Of a stretch of DNA of 64,000 nucleotides, positions 13,232 to 27,049 are shown in pieces. The position numbers and the translations under genes are program-made. The stretch covers positions 81,098,001 to 81,162,000 of the forward strand of contig NC_086108.1 in assembly GCF_963921235.1 (NCBI RefSeq), written 5' to 3'. The notes beneath the pieces were generated by a model that was given only the letters and a program-made list of their open reading frames with translations, ran no database searches and had not been told where the DNA came from. The stretch is from Mobula hypostoma (taxonomy: Eukaryota). Numbering within the stretch: position 1 is the stretch's first letter; every line of letters starts with the position of its first letter.

Positions 13232-13345
13232 TAAAACTTTACAGATGTCTGGAAATCTGAAATAAAAACAGAAAATGCAGTTAACAGTGAAGCAGCATCT
13301 GTAGGAAGAGAAGCAGTTAATATTTCAGTTCCTTCTTCAGAACTG
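13232..13345 (-). repeat. Penelope-like terminal repeat with minimal hammerhead motif
   Basis: Minus strand 13345-13314 reads CAGTT CTGAAGA AG GAA CT GAAA TATT AACTG. Further degenerate copies occur at ~13620, ~13760 and ~14310. Confidence 0.65.
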
Positions 13346-14744
13346 GGAAAGAGGATGTTCTAGTCTTTCCAACTGTATTTACTCCAATGTAGATATGTGC
13401 TTCTTTAGTAAGGAAATCAAAACTGCACACACCACTCCAAACCTCCATGAAGGCTTCCTTACTTTTGCAGTCCTCTCTCCTTACAGTGATGGCCAACACA
13501 CTTATTATCTTTCTAATTCCTTCTTTTATGTGTATGTTTACTTTTTTTTAAAGTCGCAGGCCAAAATAATTCGTATGCTGGAGACAAAAGAGACTACACA
13601 TGCTGAAAACTCGGGGAATCTATTTACCTCCACAGATACTACCTGGCCTGCTGAGTTTCTCCAGTAGTTTGTAAGCCAATGTTCACTAGTTTTTCTTTTT
13701 CTGTTTTGTGTACTCTAGGATATAACAATCCTCCATATTTACCGCTACTTCCAGACTCATCTAAGATAGGCTCTTGACTTGAAATGATAGCTTTATTTCT
13801 CTCTTCACAGATGTTGTCTATTAGCTTAATATTTCAAATATTTTCTGTTTTTAATTGCTGTATGCAGTTAAGCAAGTGTTAATCTCAACATGTACTGCCA
13901 GGGAGTCCTTGCTCTCTTTCTTCACTTCACTATGGAAAAAACCCAATTTTCATTTCATTTCTGGAAAAGTAGCGCAGAAAGTTGGGAACAGCTCTGAGAA
14001 TTTCCCAATCAATGTAACAACCTATGCAACAATGTAGAAACAACTTTCTGACTCTCGGATCAAACCGATTTCAGGGTTCCAGGAATCAAGGTGAGGAATG
14101 TTTCCGAGATTAGCTGCCATGTTACTCTGCAGATGGATACGCACGGTGTACACTACAATGTTTAATTTCTCAGATGGGGTGAGCTTTCTTTCAGTCAGGC
14201 CTAGTCTGGATTTTGTCTCCTCTCTTTCCTTCATTGTCTTACAGACCTTCCCCTTTGTTTTCTTCAGCCCCTTATCCCTCAATCTTTATTTTTAACTTTT
14301 CCCCATTTTTGAAGATTCTTGGCTTGAAACATTAATTCTGCTTTTCTCTTGACAGATGCTACAGACCTGTTGAGTATTTACAACATTTTCTGTTTTATTT
14401 GAATTTTCTTTGAAGTTACTGTTGATCATTGGTATATAGATTTAGCAACATGAGAGCAAAAGATTAACACAAATGTGTTTCTAATGAATAGGTGGTTCTG
14501 CACAAGAAGTGTTTTACAAGAGTGTTAGGGCTGGCAGCCCTCGACTGTTTGGTCATGTGCTGCCAAAATAATTAATGAAGTCAACTCCAAGCAAATCCTG
14601 TTGAATTGGTGAAGCCTGTAGCTGGAAACATTTGGCTGCTTGAGAACAACAAGCTAGGAGCCTCCTTAATCTCGATACTCCTAGATATTCATCCAAATTC
14701 AACTCATCTACTTGAACTATCTCATTACAAACCGATCTATTGTT

Positions 14745-14955
14745 TGTTTAGAGATAAGGCAAGGTAACAGACCCTTGTAGCCCAACGAGCCTATGCTGCC
14801 CAATTACACCATGTGACCAATTCACCTCCTAAGCCGCAGATCTTTGAAACTGGAGCACACAGAGGAATCCCAAGCAGCCATGGGAAGAACACATAAACTC
14901 CCTACGGATAGCGGCAGGAAATGAATGCCAGTTGCTATGCCACTTTGCCGCCCCA
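14745..14955 (-). mobile_element. V-SINE remnant
   Basis: Reverse complement of the V domain (AAACTGGAGCACACAGAGGAATCCCAAGCAGCCATGGGAAGAAC). Confidence 0.65.
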
Positions 14956-14987
14956 TGCTCCTTTTATGGCTCGCTACTGTTAGGCAC

Positions 14988-15299
14988 GTGGTCAAGTGGT
15001 TAAGGCATTGGACTAGCTACCTGAAGGTTGTGAGTTCGAGACCCAGCCGAGGGAACGTGTTGTGTCCTTGAGCAAGGCACTTAATCACACATTGCTCTGC
15101 GATGACACTGGTGCCAAGCTGTATGGGTCCTAATGCCCATCCCTTGGACAACATTGGTGTCGTGGAGAGGGGAGACTTGCAGCATGGGCAACTGCTGGTC
15201 TTCCATACAACCTTGCCCAGGCCTGCGCCCTGGAAAGTGAAGACTTTCCAGGCGCAGATCCATGGTCTCGCAAGACTAATGGATGCCTTTACTTTATTT
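14988..15299 (+). mobile_element. tRNA/CORE-like SINE with RTE-type body and tail
   Basis: A box TGGTCAAGTGG, B box GAGTTCGAGACC and GTGTCCTTGAGCAAGGCACTTAA; TSD TTAGGCAC (14980-87 / 15300-07). The 3' half matches 37512-37853 (minus). Confidence 0.8.
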
Positions 15300-17137
15300 T
15301 TAGGCACACAAACACACTGCTTCAGGAACAGATCATGCACTTCTGAGGAAATCTATTCCCTACATTCTCCCTCTGTTCAACTACTGAATGGGTAACAAAA
15401 GTCTCCTAGAAAGGCATCTTTGATATGCATAGTCACCTTTCTCATATGCCTTCTGATGACTGCTTGGTTAAACAACCCCTTGCGTTAGGAACTCTGCAGC
15501 CACATGCAGTCTTAGATTTACCAGCAAGGCTATGGTTGTTCTTTTACTAAAAATATTTCACAGATAATCTCAGTTGCAAGAATAACCCTGACAGTCACGA
15601 TGAAAATTATAGGCATACTCAAAATTATTTGTGTGTTGATTATTCCAGGTTACCATAGGGACATTTATAAATAGCTAATCGCCTTTGTGCAGAAAATCAC
15701 TCATGCTTCCCTAAGGATAAGCCACAATAATTTTTCCTTTTACAATGGATAATTAACCAGAGAGCAGGGCAGTGCAGTTTCATTAATTCATCGGAATCTC
15801 CAATTCCCAGAGCATAAATGAAGGAATCAAGGTCGTGATGGAGAGAGAAGATTCTTATTTCATATTAGTTAATACTTTTCTCCGTGATCTGCAGCACCCT
15901 TAAGAAGTTGGAATTAATTACTTTCCCAGGATGACCACTTATTCTTTATAGCAGAACATAAGAAATGGGAGCAGAAGAAAGTCCTGCATTCAATAAAAAG
16001 ATAGCTAGCCTGACTTTGGTCTTATTTTCATGCCTGCCTGTCATAAATGTTAACCCCCTCATTGCCTAATAATCTCTTTCTCTCAGAATTGAGTATCTTT
16101 CTTGCCAAGGTTCAACAGTCTCTCAGCTAGAAAAACAAGCAAGGAATACTATTACCCGCAGGTTCCCATCCAATTCACACGCTACCCTGTCTTGAAAATA
16201 TATCATCATTCCTTCTAAATGCTGGAATCCTACCCAACAATAATTTCACCATGTAGTGGTTCAAGAAGCTGACACAAAGACAATTAAAGATGGACAGTAA
16301 ATAATGAATTTATCAAAGGTGTCTATTTTCTAGGAATGAATTGAAAATGCGTCGGTGTGATATTTTCCATCAGCCTCTTGCTTAGTGTTTTCTTTGACTA
16401 AACAAAAGGAGGTTGGAGAGCATCATGTAGATGGCTACGGCCAGAATCACTGAATCACTCTCACAGCCAGGATGTAACTACCCTGCTCATTCAAGTGACA
16501 GCAACCCTGCAGTATTGAAAGGGTTTCAGCTACTACTGAGAGTAAATTATCCTTCTATCCTGTCTTCAGGGAATTTAGGATATGTCTGACAAGGTGTGGA
16601 TTGTGTTCACGCTGCCACGAGTGAGAACAAGGGGTGCAGAGAAGTCATGACAGGGATGGTAATAGTCTTGAACCTTAGGCATGCTGTGATTTTAGCTTCC
16701 CTACCTCCCATACAGTATAATTGATGTTACTGCACAGTAGCAGAACAGCAACTTTCATGGGTATTGGGGAACTGGTAATTTCTGCGGCCTTGCTGCCTGG
16801 TCCTGCTTCTTTGTATTACTGTATACAGTTGGCATGCAGCACAGGGGTTAGCCTCACCCAAATCTGAGTCAGACCTTGAGCAATATCCCTCTAGTGGCTA
16901 TTTCAACATTTCACAATGTCGCGCTAAATTGGAAGAGTGACTTTCCTGGCCAGTACTCATGCAACACCTATCTGATACCTTTTCTATATCTCGGTAATTA
17001 AAACCTGATTTTTCCTTCTTCCCGAGTCAAAGGGCCGCCCTCATAGATTCTCAATTTAATGCTCATGCACCCTTCCTTTGGGCTTTGTGATCTCCCACTT
17101 ATGTAGCAGCATTCTTCTGAAGGTAGTTCTAGTCGAT

Positions 17138-20100
17138 TCATAAAAAATAAGAAATAGGAGCAGGAACAGGCCATCTGGACCATCGAGCCATTCTGTAAGA
17201 CATGGCTGATCTGGCCATGGACTCAGCTTACTAACCTGCCTTTTCCCCACAATCCCTAATTCCTCAGTTAATCAAAAATCTATCTAACTCTATTTTCAAT
17301 ATAATTAATGTTGTAGCCTCCACTGCTTCCCTGGGCAGAGAATTCTGCAGATTCAGTACACCCTGAGAAAAGCAGTTTCTGATAATTTCGTTCTAAATCT
17401 ATTCTCCTGAGTCGTAGGCCATAAGACATAGGAGCAGAATTAGGCCATTTGGCCCATCGAGACTGCTCCCCCATTCAATCATGGCTGATCCTTTTTTATC
17501 CCTTCCTCAGCCACACTGCCCTGTCCTCTTCCCGTAACCTTTGATGCCGTGGCCAATCGAAAACCTATCAATCTCCACCTTAAATACATCCAACAACCTG
17601 GCATCCACAGCTGCCTGTGGTAACAAATTCAACAAATTCACCACCCTCTTCGCATCTCTGTTTTAAATGGATGCCCCTCTATCCTGAGGCTGTGCCCTCT
17701 TGTTCTAGACTCCCCACCATGGAAAACATCTTTTTCACATCTACTTTGTCTAGGCCTTTCAACATTCAAAAGGTTTCAATGAGATCCCCCGCCCCCCCCA
17801 TCCTTCTAAATTCAAGTGAGTACAGACCCAGAGCCATCAAACATTCCTCACATGATATCCCTTTCAATCCCGGAATCATCCTTGTGAATCGTCTGGGAAC
17901 CCTCTCCAATGCCAGCACATCTTCTCTTAGATAAGGAGCCCAAAAGTGTTCACAATAATCAACGTGAGGCCTCACCAGTGCCTTATAAAGCCACAGCATC
18001 ACACCCCTGCTTTTATATTCTAGACCTCTTGAAATGAATGCTAACATTGCGTTTGCCTTCCACACCACCAACTCAACCTGCAAGTTAACCTTTAGGGTGT
18101 TCGGCACCAGGACTCCCAAGTTCCTTTGCATCTCAGATTTTTGGATTTTCTCTTCAATTAGAAAATAGTCTGCACATTTATTTCTTCTAACAACATGCAT
18201 TTTCCAACATTGTATTTTATTTGCCACTTTCATGCCTATTCTTCTAAACTTTCTAGGCCCATCTGCAGTCTTCCTTTTTCCTCAACACTATCTGCCCCTT
18301 CAACAATCTTCATATCATCTGCAATCTTGGCAACAAAGCCTTCTATTCCATCATCTAAATCACTGAGGTACTACATAAAAAGAAACAGTCACAACACAGA
18401 CCCCTGTGGAACACCATTAGTCACTGGCAGCCAACCAGAAAAGGATCCTTTTATTCCCACTTGCTGCCTTCTACCAATCAGTCAATACTCTAACTGTGCT
18501 AGTAACTTTCCTGTAATACCACGGGCTGTTAACTTGGTAAGCAGCCTCATGTGTGGCCTTATTTTCTAGTGGTCCTCTATCAACTCTTGTCAAAGGCCTT
18601 CTGAAAGTCCAAATATACAACATCCACTGAAACCCTTTTATCTATGCTACTTGTAATCTCTTCAAAGAATTCCAACAGGTTGGTCAGGCAGGATTTTCCC
18701 TGAAGGAAACCATGCTGACTTTCTCCTATCTTGTCCTGTGTCACGTAGTACTCCATAATCTCATCTTGGAAAATTTCCTCCAACATCTTCCCAGCCACTG
18801 AGGTCAGGCTAACTGGTCTATAACTTCCTTTCTGCTGCCTCCCTCCTTTCTTAAAGAGTGGAGTAATATTTGCATATCTCCAGTCCTCCGGAATCATGCC
18901 AGAGTCCAATGATTCTTGAAAGATCACTACTAATGCCTCCACAATCCCTAATGTTACCTCTTTCAGAACCCTAGGGTGCAGCTCATCTGGTCCAGGTCAC
19001 CTAACTTCTTTTAGGTCTTTCAACTTTTTGAACACCTTGTAATAGTAACTGCACTCACTTCTCTTCCCTCACACCCCTCAACACCTGGCATACTGCTAGT
19101 GTCTTCCACAGTGAAGACTGATGCAAAATACTCATTTAGTACATCCGCCAACTCCTTGTCCCCTGTTATTATTTCTCTGGCTTCATTTTCTAGCAGTGCT
19201 ATATCTACTTTCATCTCTCTTATATTTTTACCAATCTTGAAAAAGCTTTTACTATCAACTTTGATATTGTTTACTAGCCTTCTTTCATATTTCATTTTTT
19301 CCCTCCTAATGATTATTCTAGTTGCTTTCTGTGGGTTTTTAAAAACTTCCCAATCCTCTATCTTCCAGCTAATTGCTTTCCCTTTTGCTTTTACATTAGC
19401 TTTGACATCCCTTGTCAGGCACGGTTGTACTATATTGCCATTTAAGTAATTCCTTGTTTTTGGAATGTATTTATCCCGCACCTTCCTCATTTTTCCTGGA
19501 GACTCAAGGCATTGCTGCTCTGGTCATCCCTACAAACATCTACCTCCAATTTACTTAGGCCAACTCCTTTCTCATACCACTGCAATTTCCTTTTAATTCA
19601 CTGAAATACTGCTACATCAGACTTTACTTTCTCCCTATCAAATTTCAAGTTTAATTCAATCTTATTTTGTTCACTACCTCTCAAGGGTTCTTTTACCTTA
19701 AACGCCCTAATCACCTCCGGTTCATTACATAACGCCCAATCCAGTTTAGCTGATCCCCAGTAGGCTCAACGACAAACTTCTCTAAAAAGCCTTCTCATAG
19801 GCTTTTCAAATTCACTGTCTTGAGATCCATTACCAACCATATTTTGCCAATCTAGCTGCATGTCAAATTCACTCTTGGCTATTATAACATTGCCTTTTTG
19901 ACACGCCTTTTCTATTTCCTGTTGTAATCTGTAGTGCACATCCCAGCTACCGTTTGGAGGCCTGTACATATGTAACTGCCATCAGGGTCCTTTTATCCTT
20001 GCAGTTTCTTAATTCAGCTGACAAGGATACAACTTCTTCCAATCCTATGATCTTTCTGATGATTTGATACCATTCTTTACCAGCAGAGCCACGCTCCCCA

Positions 20101-20440
20101 CCCCGCACCCTACCTTCCTATCCCTCCCATACAACGTGTAACATTGGACGTTCAGCTTCCAACTACACCCATCCTTCAGCCATGATTCAGTGATGGCCAC
20201 AGCATCATATCTGACCATCTGTAATAGCGCAGGAAGATCATCCACCTTATTTCTTGTACTCCATGCATTAACACTTTACTTCCCCTTTTGATTCTGCTCC
20301 CTAATACACTGATACCCTGCTGGTTGCGATTTTACCCTGTTGCCTGTCTGCTCTTCCTGACAGTCTGGCTGTATGTTTTCTTTGCTTTTTCACCATCTGT
20401 CCTATCCTAAATCCCTTCACCCTGGTTCCCACTCCCCTTT
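17138..20440 (-). mobile_element. Long CR1 LINE (EN+RT, decayed) plus an adjacent older CR1 tail
   Basis: ORFs 20045-20245 (VAITESWL), 19766-19969 (YRPPN), 18580-18942 (YRPVSLTS, YLDFQKAFDK) and 17766-18233; 3' tails at ~17420 and ~17140. Confidence 0.92.
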
Positions 20441-20951
20441 ATAGATCCTTCTGTTGCTGAAAGATTGAAACTATTTATGTACTAATAATTATTTTTTATT
20501 TTCACATTGCACTCCGAAATTTAGGAGGAGCATGAGAGAATGTGCTCTAGAAAAGTGAGAAAGATTGTACATGTATTATGAGCAATTAAGTACCAGGAAG
20601 TGCAAACGTCTTTACATGAGGCATTAGGAGTACCTTTACACCAAGGAATGTGAATGATTACACACCATATATAGTCAAGGATTTCCAAATACTCCTGAAG
20701 GAACATAGGTGAGATTATACCAGCAAATGTATATTAGGCTATGAACATCTTTTTCAGTCACATAGTCTTTTATATTCTGTGCTTTTTGCCCGAACTTTTT
20801 TGCTTTTTTGTGTGGGGGAGAGGTATTTGGGTTTGATGATTTTGTTGCCGTTCTTTTCTTTTTTTTGTTTCATGGCTATCTGGGGAAGAAGAATTTCAGA
20901 GTTGTATACTTTAATAATAAATGACCTTTGAACCTTTAAATGGCATGCATC

Positions 20952-21310
20952 TGGGGTGACACAATAGTGCAGCTGGTAAAGCTACCAACTCACAGCGGCA
21001 GAGGTCCAGGTTCAGTTCTGACCACAGGTTTGGTCTGAGTGGAGGTTGCACGTTCCCTCTGTAATCAAGTGAGTTTCCTCTGGGTGCTTTGCTTTCTTCC
21101 CCCCCTCCCAAAGTCTTGCAAGAAGGTAGGTTGGCTGAGCACTGTAAATTGCCTCTAGTGTGTAGGTGAGTGATAGAATCTGGGGAAAGTGGATGAAAAT
21201 ATGGGAAGGAAAAAAGGATTAAGGTAGCATTAGCTTAAATAGGTTGTTGATGGTTGGAATGTACGGCGTAGGCCCAGGGGCCTATTTCAGTGTTGTATCT
21301 CTGTGACTCT
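20952..21310 (+). mobile_element. HE1-like V-SINE
   Basis: tRNA-like head with GGTTCAGTTCT, V domain GTTTCCTCTGGGTGCTTTGCTTTCTTCCC and HER1-type tail GGGCCTATTTCAGTGTTGTATCTCTGTGACTCT. Confidence 0.8.
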
Positions 21311-22046
21311 GTGCCAGCACGTGAGGCATGTTCAATTTTAAACCAGGTGTGAGCTACTATGCAGCCAGCAGTCTGCATAACGTTCCAACCTCTCTGGGAG
21401 AAACTTTGCGACTTTGTGCTGAACCGTGTAAGCAACTTTAATTACATGAGACAATGGCAATACGTTTACCTGAAAGCACTGTGTGCAGCAGTACTATGTG
21501 AACAACCTCACACCAGGGAGTGCAAGTAACTTCACACTAAATTTTGTGAGTAAGATTACCAAGCGAAGTGTGAAGCTGAACTATTGCAAAGCTCAACCAC
21601 AGCAGTCAGTACTCAGCACTCAGAGCTCCAGGAACCTGCGTTCAGTGCTGACTTAACGAGTTGTTTCTGTGGATTTTCAATAACTTCAATGTAATCGAGG
21701 GATTTTTTTGACTTTCAGTGAGTCGGCATATCATATTCTGGATATTTATTGCTTGTTTATTTATTATTATTATGTTTTTTTCTTTTGTATTTGCGCATTG
21801 ATTGTTTGTCCATCCTGTTGGATAAGGTCTTTCATTGATTCTGTTACGTTTCTTGGATTTGCTGAGTATGCCTTCAAGAAAATGAATCTTAGAGTTGTAT
21901 ATGGTGACATATAAGTACTTTGAACTGCCACAAAAGTAGTTCTTTTGTATAAGCTCAGTTCAAGAGACATGCAATCCTTGCTCTGGGTTCTGAAATCACC
22001 CACACTGTGGTACTCTTTTAAGCCCCAAATCTGTCTCAGCTTTAGA

Positions 22047-22446
22047 CATAGTCATAGTCATACTTTATTGATCCTGGGGGAAACTGGTTTTCGTTACAGT
22101 TGCACCATAAATAATAAATAGTAATAGAACCATAAATAGTTAAATAGTAATATGTAAATTATGCCAGTAAATTATGAAATAAGTCCAGGACCAGCCTATT
22201 GGCTCAGGGTATCTGACCCTCCAAGGGAGGAGTTGTAAAGTTTGATGGCCACAGGCAGGAATGACTTCCTAAGATGCTCTGTGTTGCATCTCGGTGGAAT
22301 GAGTCTCTGGCTGAATGTACTCCTGTGCCCAACCAGTACATTATGTAGTGGATGGGAGACATTGACCAAGATGGCATGCAACTTAGACAGCATCCTCTTT
22401 TCAGACACCACTGTCAGAGAGTCCAGTTCCATCCCCACAACATCAC
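22047..22446 (-). mobile_element. Rex/Babar-type LINE 3' fragment with (ATGACT)n tail
   Basis: ORF 22196-22438 is nearly identical to those at 40580-40987 and 45453-46028. Confidence 0.85.
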
Positions 22447-23092
22447 AGAGGATATTTAAACAGAATGATTTAGGTTAACATTGGTCTGCCTAACTCATCA
22501 TTTGCTCCACCTGTCTCTGCTTCTCCAGCTTCTCTGAGTGTGCTTTGCTCATTGCTCTTTTCTCTTTGTATGATTCCTTTGTGAATGAAATTTACATACT
22601 TATCATGTATGCATGCTTAAAATACAAGAAATGAACTTATTCAAAGCATTTCTCACCTTGAAACATTCAAATCTTTTTTTTGGAATAAATTGACTCCAGA
22701 TACAAATAAATAAGCAGAAACCAAGCTTTATAAACTGATCTCTTGCCTGTATATTGCGATTGCCAAACTGGAATCATTAACTTTCAAATGGAAACAGCAA
22801 TATGGGAGGTGAAATTAATTTTCAGTGATAGCACAAAATGCAAATTGGTGGACAATTTTAAAATTGTGTGAGATGGAAAACAAACAGTCCCTTTGCTATT
22901 CCCTCCCATACGGTATCACTGAAAACTATTTTTACTGTAATATCTCCACGAGGGGCTGTAAATTGGTCTGGTTTTGTTCTAAGATATTTACACATACTCA
23001 AGCTTTGAAAGATTAATGAATGGGTACAAATAGACCATTTCACATTTCTCTTTTCATTTCAATGTACCGTAGATTTTATGCCACAGATTGGA

Positions 23093-23372
23093 GCTCCACA
23101 GTAGCCTAGTGGTGGTTCAATGCTATTGCAACTTGCGGCATCAGAGTTCAGAGTTCGATTCTGACACTGTCTCTGAGAAGTTTGTACGTCCTTCCTGTGA
23201 GCACATGGTTTTCCTTCGGGTACTCTAGTTTCCTCCCACATTCTAAAGGCATACTGCTTAATAGTTTAATTGGTAATTGCAAATTGTTTTGTGATTAGGT
23301 CTAAAATAGGTGGGTGCTGGGTGTTGTGGCTCGTTGGGCCAGAAGGACCTCTTCCTCACTGTAATTAAAAAA
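23093..23372 (+). mobile_element. V-SINE
   Basis: GAGTTCGATTCT B box; V domain GGTTTTCCTTCGGGTACTCTAGTTTCCTCCCACATTCTAAAG. Confidence 0.8.
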
Positions 23373-23656
23373 TAGATTTGGGATTTTAGTCTCAATTTGA
23401 TAGTGCACTGAATGTAAAGATTTACAGTAAGAGCTACTTTAGTTTCAATTACTTTAATTTTTAAACATTTAAATCATGTTAAAATGTCTATGTTCTCTTA
23501 GAGTGGAGGTTACTTGTTCAGTTTGATATATTGTTAAGCAGATGAAAGTTACTGCAGGCTATTGAAAACGTTATTACATTAGTATTAGAATTTATTACAC
23601 GTTGGGCGGCAAGAAAAGTGCAAGCTGGGATCTTATTGAATTTGCTGCACTGCACA

Positions 23657-24000
23657 TGTGTATAAGATGATGAGAGCCTTTGATCATGTGGATAGTCAGA
23701 GGCTTTTTCCCAGGGCTGAAATGGTTGCCACAAGAGGACACAGGTTTAAGGTGCTGGGGAGTAGGTACAGAGGAGATGTCAGGGGTAAGTCTTTTACTCA
23801 GAGAGTGGTGAGTGCGTGGAATGGGCTGCCGGCAATGGTGGTGGAGGTGGATACAATAGGGTCTTTTAAGAGACTTTTAGATAGGTATATGGAGCTTAGA
23901 AAAATAGAGGGCTATGGGGAAGTCCGGTAATTTCTAAGGTAGGGACATGTTCGGCACAACTTTGTGGGCCAAAGGGCCTGTATTGTGCTGTAGGTTTTCT
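23657..24000 (+). mobile_element. CR1 LINE 3' end
   Basis: ORF 23658-23930 (TRGHRFKV...FTQRVVSAWNGLP) plus CR1 tail. Confidence 0.9.
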
Positions 24001-24959
24001 ATAATTAGAATGGCAATGCATTCCACAATGAAATTGTCATTGTTTTGTGGGGGTGGACTGTTCTGTCCACCCCAATTCACATCAGGTTTGCTTTATACCC
24101 CTAAAGAGTGGGCAGAGATGGTATAATTTTATTTTGATTGAGTGCTAGCCAATGTACAGAAGTCTCTGCCGTACCCTGAGGAAAAGGTATTGGAATGAAA
24201 AGGTTTGCCGTATCTCACAAGCACCTCAAAGCTTTTGGCATCTACTTTGTGGCTCGAGGTATAAAGGCAATTTTTTCAGTAGCCAACTTACACGTGGCAA
24301 AACTGCAATGAGTCCAATGGGATGTATTGTCAGTTCTGGTGACTGAGTGGAAGAAGGACTAATGTATATTCCTTGCTGATCTTTGAATTCTACCATTAAA
24401 TCTTTAATATTCACACAGAGCATTGAAATAACCTTTCAGCTTAGTATGACATCCAAAGAATGGAAATGAAGTGTGGAGCCATGAAAGGTTTTATCCTGTT
24501 ATAGTGGAAGTTATTTGTTCAGTTTCATAGACTGTTAAGCAGATGAACGTTACCACAGGCTATTGAATACATTAGTACATTAATATCAGAATTTATTACT
24601 TGATGGGCAGCAAGAAAAAACGTAGTGTAGGATCCAACTGAATTTGTAGCACGGTCTTCAAAATTTTTGCAGTGACCAGCCTCACCAAGTCTGGCAGGCA
24701 TATTTAAGAGTAACATGACTGAATTCTCAGAACTGAATCAACTCGGGAATGATCCAATTTTTCAGCCATTATATCTCATTCTGGAGAAAGGGAGAAGAGG
24801 GTAGGAGGCCTACTAGTTGACCTTATGTATCTTGTGGTTACTTTGGTGGTCAAGCCAAAATGCTATCAAAAGTGGCTTGGTATGTGCAAGAAGCTGTTCA
24901 TTTGGTGGTCCCCTTGCTTCTAAGACAGATGGTTGTGAGAGCAGGTATAGTTGCAGTGG

Positions 24960-25095
24960 TTTGAGCTCATAAATCTAGGTCGGCAATCCAGTGCAAATGC
25001 AAGGGAGGCCAATGCTTTTGCAATCTTTTATTATGAGATATTATATCAGGCTCCATTTCCTTCCCCAGGTGCATGAAAGAACTTTAGCCAAGTTG
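24960..25095 (+). mobile_element. Old Deu-domain SINE remnant (SacSINE1/AmnSINE-like)
   Basis: TTGAGCTCATAAATCTAGGTCGGCAATCCAGTGCAAATGCAAGGGAG...ATGAGATATTATATCAGGCTCC resembles the Deu domain as I recall it; not aligned. Confidence 0.45.
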
Positions 25096-25474
25096 GCTTG
25101 AAGAAGAATAAAGCACTTACCACCAGCAACTTGGTTAACATCTTGGTTGCAGATCAGCCAGCTCCATCATGGGCTGAACCTTCCCTACCGTCCGTGACAA
25201 TTTTCAAGAGGTGGTTCCCCAGGGAAACAGTATGCATTATTAAGAAACCTCACAATCTGGCCTACTTCTCATTACTGCCATCAGGGAGGAGGTACAGGAG
25301 CCTGAAGACCCACATTCAATGTTGCAGGAACAGTTTCTTCTCATTTGCCATCAGATTCCAGAACGGTCCATGAATCCAAGAACACTACCTTCACTCATTT
25401 TTTGCACTACTTTTTTGTTGTAACTTCAAGTAATTTGTTTTTGTCTTGCACTGTACTCCTGCTGCATATGTCAG

Positions 25475-26871
25475 TCCACTCTTAAAGATGGGAGGTAGGC
25501 AAAAGAAAGGAAATTATAGGCCAGTCAACCTAACCTCAATGGTCTATTATTAAGGATGAAGTTTTGAGCTACTTTGAGCTACTTATCATTAGAATAAGTC
25601 AAAACTAGCATGATTTCTGTAAAGGGAAACCTTGCCTGACAAATCCGTTAGAGTTCTTCGAGGAAGTAACAAGTAGGGTGGATGAAGAAAAGGCAGTGGT
25701 TATCATTTACTTGGATTTTTAGAAGGCGTTTGATAAGGTGCCACACGAGGCCGCTTAACAAGATAAAATCCCATGGCATTAAGAGGAAAGATACTGGCAT
25801 GGATAGGGGAATGGCTGACAGGCAGGAGGCAGCGAGTGGGAATAAAAGGGGCCTTTTCTGGTTGGCTTCCGGTGACTAGTGGTATTCCTCAGGGGTCAGT
25901 ATTGGGATCACTACTTTTCACATTGTTCGTCAATGATTTAGTTAATGGAATTGATGGCTCTGTGGCAAAGTTTGTGGATGATATGAAGATAGGTGGAGGG
26001 GTAGATAGTGCTGAGGAAGCAATGTGATTGCAGCAGGACTTAGACAAATTGGAAGAATGGGCAAAAAAGTGGCAGATGGAATACAGTGTTGGGAAATGTA
26101 AGATCCTGCATTTTGGGAAAAGGAACAATAGTGCAGACTATTATCTAAATAAGGAAAAGGTTCAAACATCAGAGGTGCAGAGGAACTTGTGCAAGACTCC
26201 CAGAAGGTTAATTTACAGGTTGAGTCTGTGCTAAAGAAGGCAAATGCAATGTTGGCATTTATTTCAAGGGGAATAGAATATAAAAGCAAGGAGATAATGC
26301 TGAGCCTTTATAAGACACCAGTCAGGCCACACTTGCAGTATAGTCAACAGTTCTGGGCCCCATATTTCAGAAAGGATATGCTGTCATTGGAGAGAGTTCA
26401 GAGGAGGTTCACAAATATGATTCCAGGACTGAAGGGGTTAACATATGGGGAGGGTTTGGCAGCTTTGGGCCTGTACTCACCGGAATTTAGAAAAATGCAG
26501 AGGGATCTCATTGAAATCCACCGAATGTTGAAAGACTAGATAGGATGGATGTGGAGAGGATGTTTCCTAGGGTGACGGTATCCAGAACTAGAGGGTACAG
26601 CCTCAAAATTGAGGGGCGACTCTTTAGAACAGAGGTAAGGAGGAATTTTTTTTGCCTAGAAACGTTCTGCCACAGACTGCAGTGGAGGCCAAGGCTATGC
26701 GTATATCTTAAGGTGGAAGTTGATTGTTTCCTGATCGGTCAGGGCATCAAGGGATACAGCGAGAAGGCAGGTGTGTGCAGTTGAGAGGGATCGGGGATCA
26801 GCCATGATGGAATGGTGGAGCAGACTCGATGGGCTGAATGGCCTAATTCTGCTCCTATGTCTTATGGTCTT
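25475..26871 (+). mobile_element. CR1 LINE RT and 3' end, nested in a Rex-type 3' fragment (~25140-25470, 26872-26928)
   Basis: ORFs 25773-26784 (GIPQGSVLGSLLF, FVDDMKIGG); tail ...CCTATGTCTTATGGTCTTA. Confidence 0.9.
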
Positions 26872-27049
26872 AAAACAACAAATTTCATGACATATGTCAG
26901 TAATAGTAAACCAGATTCTGAATCTGAACAGTAACGCCCCAATTACTATTTTTGAAGTAGATTATCTGGTCATTATATCATCCCATATGTGGAAGCTCAC
27001 AACGGGTAAACAGGTGCCTCCATTTCCCATTTTTAACAGTACTCCTCTT

